Position numbers and translations under genes: made by a program. A DNA stretch of 37,547 bases from an uncultured Candidatus Saccharibacteria bacterium. GTDB taxonomy: Bacteria > Patescibacteriota > Saccharimonadia > Saccharimonadales > EFPC-124. The notes under the pieces are model-generated. The model was not told the DNA's origin. It saw only the letters and a list, made by a program, of their open reading frames with translations, and ran no database searches. Where the stretch lies: NCBI GenBank assembly GCA_964436805.1, contig CAYTEG010000004.1, forward strand, positions 1 to 37,547. The letters run 5' to 3'. Positions 26,848 to 33,582 of this stretch are shown piece by piece (position 1 is the first letter of the stretch; the number at the start of each line of letters is the position of its first letter).

Positions 26848-27711
26848 ATGGACGGTATGGTATATGTCCCTGGAGGCAGCTTTCTTCAGGGAACACCCCG
26901 ATGGGTGCTAGATTGGCTCAACAAGCAGGACGGCCAGGCCTTCCCGCCTGGGTGGTTTGCCGATGAGACGCCGCAGTTACTCGTCGACATCGCTTCTTAT
27001 TACATCGACCAGCATTTGGTGACGAACTTCGGGTTTGCGCGCTTTTGCGCCGACACCGGCTACGTCACCGACGCCGAGCGATGCGGTTACGGTATGGTCT
27101 ATACCGATTACTGGGAGGAGCGACAAGGCGCAAACTGGCAGGCGCCCGCCGGCCCCGGCAGCACAAACGCCGGGCGCGAAGACCACCCCGTTGTGCATAT
27201 TTCGTGGCCGGACGCGAATGCATATGCGCTGTGGGCGGGCAAACGGTTGCCGACCGAGTCAGAATGGGAGCTCGCCGCTTGCGGCCGAAACTTCCGTTTG
27301 TGGCCATGGGGTAACCAATGGGATAGCCGGCTGGCAAACACGGCCGAACTACATGCTGGCGAGCTGGGCACGCTCGAAGCGTGGCGCGCATGGTGGCAAC
27401 GCGTGTACGCTACCCACGGCCCAATGCCGCAGACAACGCCGGTGGGCGCGATAAGCGCCGGCCGCAGCGATTACGGCGTTTGCGACATGGCCGGCAACGC
27501 GTACGAGTGGACGGCAACATTGTCGCACTTGTACGATCCAACCGTCGAATGCGACCCGATGCTCCGCCTCGTCATGGGCAAGTACCGGGTTATACGCGGC
27601 GGTTCGTGGATGAATTTTCGGTACCAAGTGCGGTGTTCCGAACGCATCCACGGCGACCCTGCCGGCTGGTCGAACTTTGCAACCGGGTTCCGATGCGCGA
27701 AAGACGCGTAG
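26848..27711 (+). CDS. FGE-sulfatase (SUMF1/EgtB/PvdO) domain protein
   Basis: MVYVPGGSF, DETP, VTN..FARF, HPVVHISW.DA.AYA.WAGKRLPTESEWE, DMAGNAYEW, RGGSW, GFRC; AGGAGG SD. Confidence 0.9.
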   Translation: MDGMVYVPGGSFLQGTPRWVLDWLNKQDGQAFPPGWFADETPQLLVDIASYYIDQHLVTNFGFARFCADTGYVTDAERCGYGMVYTDYWEERQGANWQAPAGPGSTNAGREDHPVVHISWPDANAYALWAGKRLPTESEWELAACGRNFRLWPWGNQWDSRLANTAELHAGELGTLEAWRAWWQRVYATHGPMPQTTPVGAISAGRSDYGVCDMAGNAYEWTATLSHLYDPTVECDPMLRLVMGKYRVIRGGSWMNFRYQVRCSERIHGDPAGWSNFATGFRCAKDA

Positions 27712-27727
27712 TACAAAAGGAGGAAGC

Positions 27728-27994
27728 GTGGCCACATTGACCCTCTCTTCTGCGTGGACGCAGGGGGGACAGTCGAAATTCGAGGTGGCGGCGGGCAACC
27801 TGCACGATGTGCTCAAGGGTTTCGCCGCCGCACAGCCACAGTTCGCCAGCCGGATCCTCGGTGCCAATGGCGAACCGTTCACCTTCTACAACATCTACAT
27901 CAACGACGAGGCGATCCAGCGCTCGGCGCGGGCCTCGACGGTCGTGGCCGATGGCGACGAGATCACCATCGTGCCGCCGCTGGCGGGTGGCTGA
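27728..27994 (+). CDS. MoaD/ThiS (CysO-like) ubiquitin-fold protein
   Basis: 88 aa from GTG 27728 (AGGAGG SD); NIYINDE, DGDEITIVPPLAGG C-terminal diglycine. Confidence 0.9.
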   Translation: MATLTLSSAWTQGGQSKFEVAAGNLHDVLKGFAAAQPQFASRILGANGEPFTFYNIYINDEAIQRSARASTVVADGDEITIVPPLAGG

Positions 27995-28278
27995 TGGCCA
28001 TCCGGCATATCACCCTGTTCAGACTGGACGATACCGTCAGCGAGGCCGACAAGGACGAGGCGCTTGCGCGGCTGCGAAGCCTGCGCACGAGCCTCGACCT
28101 GGCCGACTGGGAAGTGGCGGAGTCGCTCGACACGCGGCGCGGGATGGTGCTGGTAGTAAACAGCACCTTCGCCGACGTCGCAGCGCTGGCGGCCTTCGCC
28201 GCCTCGCCGGCACATATCGAAGTCGCAAACTTCATGCGCGGCATCGCCGCCTGGCTGGTGGCCGACTACGAAGTGTGA
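27994..28278 (+). CDS. Dabb (stress-responsive dimeric A/B barrel) family protein
   Basis: MAIRHITLFRL...L..L.SL...F.D..AL..F..SPAH.......ADYE; TGATG coupling to the MoaD gene. Confidence 0.85.
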   Translation: MAIRHITLFRLDDTVSEADKDEALARLRSLRTSLDLADWEVAESLDTRRGMVLVVNSTFADVAALAAFAASPAHIEVANFMRGIAAWLVADYEV

Positions 28279-28286
28279 CGACAAAC

Positions 28287-28312
28287 GGCGGGCCAGAGCC
28301 ATCTGGCCCGCC
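28287..28312 (+). terminator. Perfect 11-bp-stem hairpin
   Basis: GGCGGGCCAGA-GCCA-TCTGGCCCGCC. Confidence 0.65.
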
Positions 28313-28354
28313 ACCAACCAAGTATTATTTTATGAGTCGTTTTGGGGCTAAGGG

Positions 28355-28840
28355 TTAGCGCACTGGGTTTGGGGTATCCTGGTAATTTGCCAGGAGCGCG
28401 GCGCATTGTTGTTGCAAAATGCCGCCTTGCACATGCATTTGCGCGTCGCTGCGCAGGTTCATGTGCGAGGCCATTGACTCGTCGTCGGGGTGGATAGTGT
28501 CGAACAAGTTGGGGCCGACATCTTTGCGGTAAGCGCCAAAATAGATGTTGGCGATTCTCGCCCAAGCGGCCGCGCCCAGGCACATCGAACAGGGCTCGAG
28601 CGTCGTATATAAGGTGTAATCAAAAAGGTCGTCGTTGCCTGTTTGCTGGCATGCGGCGCGGATGCAGTTTATTTCGGCGTGCGACGTCGGGTCTTTAGTG
28701 GCGCTTACCAGGCTTTCGCCGGTCGCCATTACTTTGCCGCTTGCGGTGTGTACCAATATAGCGCCAATAGGAATGCCGCCATCTTTTTGTGCGGCTTGGG
28801 CGGCCTGAATGGCCAGTTTCATGTAACCGTCGGTTTGCAT
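28355..28840 (-). CDS. Zinc-dependent nucleoside/nucleobase deaminase (TadA/GuaD-like)
   Basis: PIGAILV, DPTSHAEI, LYTTLEPCSMC motifs. Confidence 0.9.
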   Translation of the reverse strand: MQTDGYMKLAIQAAQAAQKDGGIPIGAILVHTASGKVMATGESLVSATKDPTSHAEINCIRAACQQTGNDDLFDYTLYTTLEPCSMCLGAAAWARIANIYFGAYRKDVGPNLFDTIHPDDESMASHMNLRSDAQMHVQGGILQQQCAALLANYQDTPNPVR

Positions 28841-28909
28841 TTACTTTATGATAATAAGCTATTTGGGCCGCAAATAAAATAAGCGTTGGCGTATTATGCG
28901 CCGCGGCCC

Positions 28910-29110
28910 TTAAGGCCCGTAGTCGCGTTGGCCGTAATTTATAGTGCCGTCTTTTTTTTCGTTGCGGCTCAGCACGCCAACTAATGCCGACAACCCAAAC
29001 AAGGCCGACACGCCCAGCCCGAGCGTGCCTAAAAACTGCTTGCGCGTCATTGGCGTTGCCAGCAGTTTGTCGACTTTAGCCTTAATCGTCTTTGGGTTTT
29101 TCTCCACCAT
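28910..29110 (-). CDS. Small membrane protein with Tat-like MTRKQFL motif and C-terminal YG repeats
   Basis: 66 aa; MTRKQFLGTLGLG + hydrophobic helix; ends NYGQRDYGP. Confidence 0.65.
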   Translation of the reverse strand: MVEKNPKTIKAKVDKLLATPMTRKQFLGTLGLGVSALFGLSALVGVLSRNEKKDGTINYGQRDYGP

Positions 29111-29151
29111 CTCGCTATTAAGCTTACGTTAGGTTGCCGGGCGGCGCAATA

Positions 29152-29763
29152 CTAGTTGGCCACCGCTGTGTAGGTTACCTGGGTGCTGTACGAACCGCTG
29201 GCGACGTTGGTGTTGGCGCAAACGCCGTACCAAATCGTTGTCGCAACAGCCGGGTTGGCCGCCGAAGTGGTACTTGCGATGATGTCGGCACTGGCGTTAC
29301 TGGCTTTTATAGCAGCAAAAGACGTGGCATTGGGGCTGATGTTGCTTTGTGCTGTCGTTGGCCCGCTGCCAAAACTGCCGAGCCCGTCGACCCGGTATCC
29401 CCATGCATTGGGAGTGAGCGCCGCCGGGCTTGCCAACGTGCCGCCCCCGGCGTTAATTGAGCTGCCGCCGTTTACCAATGCCGTATTTGTGGTTGCGTCA
29501 GAAAGCATTAATGTGTAGCCGTTGGCGTCGTCGGTTTGTACCGACGCTTGGTCGCTTTGTACCGTGCAGTTGCCGCTGGCTGTGGGCGTAACGTTAAGGG
29601 CGACGTTGCCGTTACTAATAAGGGTGACGCTGCATACGGCGCCGTAGTTGCACGACCCGTATGTGCTGCTGCCGTATGTTCCGCTGGTAAGGGCAAATGC
29701 CGGCATACACACGGCGAGCAACATGCTAACCGCCGCGCTTAACCCGACTATGCTGCGTTTCAT
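29152..29763 (-). CDS. Secreted pilin/WxL-like subunit, paralog 3 (YG-rich, Cys-containing N-terminus)
   Basis: Signal peptide ending AFA; shares GYTL, WGYRVDG.G.FG.GPT and G.Y...VTYTA.AN with paralogs 1-2; four Cys in the mature part. Confidence 0.75.
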   Translation of the reverse strand: MKRSIVGLSAAVSMLLAVCMPAFALTSGTYGSSTYGSCNYGAVCSVTLISNGNVALNVTPTASGNCTVQSDQASVQTDDANGYTLMLSDATTNTALVNGGSSINAGGGTLASPAALTPNAWGYRVDGLGSFGSGPTTAQSNISPNATSFAAIKASNASADIIASTTSAANPAVATTIWYGVCANTNVASGSYSTQVTYTAVAN

Positions 29764-30668
29764 GGCGATTTTTTGTAGGATGTCTTTTTGGCTGCACGTT
29801 TGCGGGCCATAAACCGCATGGCAATCACAATCGTCGCGCCGGCCAGCATAATGATCAGCCCAATTTTAACCGGCATCGACATTATAAACACCCATTTTGT
29901 TGGCAATTGCTGGGTTTGGCCAAGCATTTGTATGTTGCCAGTGATTTGGAAGATGCCGATAAACGGCGTGTCGTTCCAGGCAATCGGCACTTTGCGGATC
30001 GTTTGCGGCAGGATTTCTTTTGTTGTCTCGAGGCTATACTTTGACTGGCCAAAAATATCGCGCACGTTTACTTGTATCGTTGCCGGGTAATGCACGCCGC
30101 CGGTGTTAACCAGCCTAATGTTGGCCAAAAGCGGCGGTTCTTGCAAAAAGTCGCTATCCCAATTAAGCAGCGCGCCTTTTTCGCTCACCTGCCCCGCAAC
30201 CTTAATGTAAAATATTTCGCCGACCCGTTTGTTGAGCGTAATGCTGCCAGGTTGCTCGGGGAAGGCTGTTTGGGCAAAAACGACCGCGTAGTAGCCGCCC
30301 GGCGCAACGTCTTTTGGTACGGTAATCGTGTATTTTATGGTGGCTGCCTGCCCGGCTTTTAGTTCGCCGCCGGCGCCCGAAAAGCTAAACCATTTGTCGG
30401 CCGGCGTAACGCTTGGCAGCGGTGTGAAATCGGGAGTGTATTCTTCGCCCGAGACATGGTACGGGGCGCTGCTCACCTGAAACGGGTAATCGGTTTGCCC
30501 TTGGTTTAAAATTTGGAACGTGCCTTCTTGCGATGCTCCGGGTGTGATCTCGGGGCTCGCCGAAGTTGGCGTTATAGTTATTTCTTGTGATGCTGCGTGG
30601 GCAGCGCCTGGCAAGGCCAGTGCCGCCACAATCATGGCCGGTATAAGTAAGTGACGCAGTATTTTCAT
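29760..30668 (-). CDS. DUF916/WxL-interacting-like Ig-fold protein with C-terminal TM anchor (chaperone-like)
   Basis: Signal peptide; ITP, N.G, W, YTITVPKDVAPGGYYAVVFA, NTGGVH, ILPQTIR; C-terminal TM followed by a basic tail. Confidence 0.75.
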   Translation of the reverse strand: MKILRHLLIPAMIVAALALPGAAHAASQEITITPTSASPEITPGASQEGTFQILNQGQTDYPFQVSSAPYHVSGEEYTPDFTPLPSVTPADKWFSFSGAGGELKAGQAATIKYTITVPKDVAPGGYYAVVFAQTAFPEQPGSITLNKRVGEIFYIKVAGQVSEKGALLNWDSDFLQEPPLLANIRLVNTGGVHYPATIQVNVRDIFGQSKYSLETTKEILPQTIRKVPIAWNDTPFIGIFQITGNIQMLGQTQQLPTKWVFIMSMPVKIGLIIMLAGATIVIAMRFMARKRAAKKTSYKKSP

Positions 30669-30669
30669 A

Positions 30670-31266
30670 TTAATTTGCGGTTAAAGTATACGTGACGCTG
30701 TTGGTGTAGGTGCCAGACGGTTGCGACGTGTTTGCGGCAACGCCAAACCACACGGTCGTGGTGTCGCTGGTTGCCGTGCCAGCTGTTGTTTTAATGGTGT
30801 TGGGCGAAGCCGTGGCCGGCACCGCCGCAAACTTAATGCTGCCGCTGACCGCTGCGCTACTTTGGCCAGATGTTGGCCCAGCGCCAAACCCGCCTAAGCT
30901 ATCAACCCGGTACCCCCAGGTGTTGTTGACCATTGCGATTGGCACCGCCTGAGTACCCGCCGATGCCGGGATGCTGTTGCCGCCAGATACCAGCGCCGAG
31001 CTGCCGGTTGTTTCGGCCAGCTGCAGGGTGTAGCCCGATGAGTCGTTGGTGCTGACCGTAACGGTGTCGCTGGCGATTGTTTGCGCGCCCGACGCCGTTG
31101 GTACGACGTTAGCGTTTACGGTGGTACTGGTGGTAAATAATCCAATAACAGGGCTCACGACCGAGCTTATCGTTGTCGAGGCAGTCGCTGCAAACACAAC
31201 GGCCGATGTGCCAAAAAATACAGCAATTACAGCAATTAGATAAACGGCAAGTTTTAGCTCTTTCAA
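30670..31266 (-). CDS. Secreted pilin/WxL-like subunit, paralog 2
   Basis: Likely TTG start at 31266 behind GGGAG (ORF extends to 31305); signal peptide ending VFA; C-terminus PSGTYTNSVTYTLTAN. Confidence 0.75.
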   Translation of the reverse strand: MKELKLAVYLIAVIAVFFGTSAVVFAATASTTISSVVSPVIGLFTTSTTVNANVVPTASGAQTIASDTVTVSTNDSSGYTLQLAETTGSSALVSGGNSIPASAGTQAVPIAMVNNTWGYRVDSLGGFGAGPTSGQSSAAVSGSIKFAAVPATASPNTIKTTAGTATSDTTTVWFGVAANTSQPSGTYTNSVTYTLTAN

Positions 31267-31571
31267 CTGGTTCTCCCTCGGTAGCAACTTAAGCTTGATG
31301 ACCACAGCTTAACACGCTTACGCTACTAAGAGCAATGCTTTTTGTGTAATTAATTAGCAATGCCGGTATACGTGACGCTGTTTGTGTAGGTGCCCGTTGG
31401 GAGCGTGGTGTTGGCTACCACGCTAAACCAAACAGCGGTGGTGTCGTTTGTGGCGGTCGACGACGTGACTTTAATAGTGTTGGGGCTGGCACTTGCCGGC
31501 ACTGCCGCAAAAGTGGCGGCACTTACGGCTGCGCTACTTTGGCCAGATGTTGGCCCAGCGCCAAACCCGCC
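30851..31571. repeat. 44-bp exact direct repeat shared by paralogs 1 and 2 (30851-30894 and 31528-31571)
   Basis: GCTGCGCTACTTTGGCCAGATGTTGGCCCAGCGCCAAACCCGCC in both copies. Confidence 0.9.
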
Positions 31572-31976
31572 GATTCCATCGACCCGGTATCCCCAACTAT
31601 TTGCGGTGAGCGCGCTTGGTGAAGCCTGGGTGCCGGGTGCCGCAGGGATAGTGTCGGCGCCAGAAACAAGCGCCGATTCGGCCCCGGTGCGCGAAATTTG
31701 CAAAGTGTACCCGTTTTGGCCACTGGTGCTTACGGTTATGGTGTCACTGGCGATTGTTTGGGTGCCGGCCGCAGACGGGGTAATATTAACGTTTACCGCG
31801 CCGCTCGAGGTAAATAATCCCATGACAGAGGTAACCGTCGAGCTGATGGTCGTTGCTGCCGTTGCCGCCGAAACAGCCGTGGCCGTCAGCATGACGCCGC
31901 TGCAGGCCACGCACAACGCTAAAACAATCTCGGTAATAAGGGCTAAATGGGGCGCGTGTTTTTTTGTGTATGCCAT
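31350..31976 (-). CDS. Secreted pilin/WxL-like subunit, paralog 1
   Basis: Signal peptide ending VSA; collinear with paralog 2; C-terminus PTGTYTNSVTYTGIAN. Confidence 0.75.
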   Translation of the reverse strand: MAYTKKHAPHLALITEIVLALCVACSGVMLTATAVSAATAATTISSTVTSVMGLFTSSGAVNVNITPSAAGTQTIASDTITVSTSGQNGYTLQISRTGAESALVSGADTIPAAPGTQASPSALTANSWGYRVDGIGGFGAGPTSGQSSAAVSAATFAAVPASASPNTIKVTSSTATNDTTAVWFSVVANTTLPTGTYTNSVTYTGIAN

Positions 31977-32131
31977 GTTGGTTTTGTATGCAAACGCTTA
32001 CGTTTAAGTATAGCTAATCGTTTATTGAATGAAAAGTATTTTTAGGCGGCATTGCCTGCACTATGGCGCTCATGGTAACATACAATTAATTACGATCAAA
32101 AAGGGGAAGCCTCGGCGGCGAGCACAATATT

Positions 32132-32545
32132 ATGACACGTTTACCTACTCCCGGCGGCGATGGCAACAACTGGGGAACGCTTTTAAATGACTTTTTGCAG
32201 CAGGCGCTCGCGAGCGACGGCACTTTAGTTACCGGCGCGACCAACACCTACACTGGCGCCGCAAACACTAACCTGGCCAGTGGCAGCAAGCCGGGTTTGG
32301 TGCAGCTGGCCGGCGATTTAAGCAACACGGCCGCCTCGCCCACCGTTGTTGGGTTACGTGGCCGCGTGGTTGATTCGGCAACGCCCAGTAACGGCGATGT
32401 TTTAACCTGGAACACTAGTGCCAGCAAGTGGCAGGCCGTCCAGCCGGCCGCTGGCGGCAGCGGGCTCACCGGCGATATCGACGGCGGCAACGCATCGTCA
32501 ACCTACGGCGGCGTCACCATCATCGACTGCGGAGCTTCGGCTTAA
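32132..32545 (+). CDS. Small fibre-associated protein with RLPTPGGD..WG.LLNDFL N-terminal motif
   Basis: N-terminal motif recalled from Saccharibacteria fibre-like proteins; GLVQLAGDL, P.NGDVLTWN....W and IDGG are tail-fibre-like motifs. Confidence 0.7.
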   Translation: MTRLPTPGGDGNNWGTLLNDFLQQALASDGTLVTGATNTYTGAANTNLASGSKPGLVQLAGDLSNTAASPTVVGLRGRVVDSATPSNGDVLTWNTSASKWQAVQPAAGGSGLTGDIDGGNASSTYGGVTIIDCGASA

Positions 32546-33580
32546 ATGGCCACGCAAATTCAGTTTAGGCGCGATACAGCCGCCAACTGGATATCGGCAA
32601 ACCCGGTGTTGGCCGTTGGCGAGGTCGGGCTCGAAACCGACACAAATTCGTATAAAATCGGCGATGGCGCGACCGCCTGGACAAGCCTTGGCTACCGGCA
32701 GCTCGCGCCCGAAATCACTACATTATTAATGGACGGCCAAAGCAGCGACGCTTCGGCCCCGACGGCTGGTGATTTAACAGTGTACGCCAAGGCAATTGGC
32801 GGCCGCATGATGCTTAAACAAATTGGCGCGAGTGGGCTTTCGACTGCCCTGCAGCCGTTTTTGGCGCGCAACAAAGTTGGTTATTGGGATCCGCCTGGCA
32901 ACGCCACCACGGTGCCCGGCGTGTTTGGTTACACCGCGCTTACCACAACCGGTACGGTTACGGCGCGTACGGTGGCCACAACCAACACCTTTACTTTAAT
33001 GCGTCGTTTGGGGTTGGTATCTTCGGCGACCGCCGGTAACTTAGCGGTTGGCCGCGTTGCCGTGGCGCAGGTAACACTTGGCGACGGCGCCGGCAATGGC
33101 GGTTTTTACAAAATTTGCCGGTTTGGCTGCAGCGACGCGCTTACTGTGGCGGGCGCGCGCCAGTTTGTTGGCGTGAGCTCGTCGACATCGGCGCCGACCA
33201 ACGTTGAGCCATCGACGCTCACCAACAGTATTGGCGTTGGCCATGGCGCGGCCGACACCAACCTCAAAATGTTTTATGGCGGGAGCGCCGCCCAAACGCC
33301 AATTAACCTTGGCGCCAACTTTCCGGCCAACACGCTCAGCACCGACGTATACGAGCTTGCTTTGTTTTCGCCGCCCAACGACAACAACCACGTGTACTAC
33401 GAGGTTACGCGCATAAATACCGGCCATGTGGCGGCCGGCACGCTTACCGGCACGGCGGGCACGGCTTTGCCGGCTTCTTCGACGTTGTTGGTATACCAGA
33501 TGGCGTGGCGCTCAAACAACGCAACGGCCAAGGCGGTGGGGCTCGATATTATGAGCGACTACATCGAAACGGACAACTAG
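32546..33580 (+). CDS. Phage tail-fibre-like protein, Mtd_N/hyaluronidase-N-type N-terminal domain (copy 1)
   Basis: QIQFRRDTAANWISANPVLAVGEVGLETDTNSYKIGDGATAWTSL; no signal peptide. Confidence 0.8.
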   Translation: MATQIQFRRDTAANWISANPVLAVGEVGLETDTNSYKIGDGATAWTSLGYRQLAPEITTLLMDGQSSDASAPTAGDLTVYAKAIGGRMMLKQIGASGLSTALQPFLARNKVGYWDPPGNATTVPGVFGYTALTTTGTVTARTVATTNTFTLMRRLGLVSSATAGNLAVGRVAVAQVTLGDGAGNGGFYKICRFGCSDALTVAGARQFVGVSSSTSAPTNVEPSTLTNSIGVGHGAADTNLKMFYGGSAAQTPINLGANFPANTLSTDVYELALFSPPNDNNHVYYEVTRINTGHVAAGTLTGTAGTALPASSTLLVYQMAWRSNNATAKAVGLDIMSDYIETDN

Positions 33581-33582
33581 CC

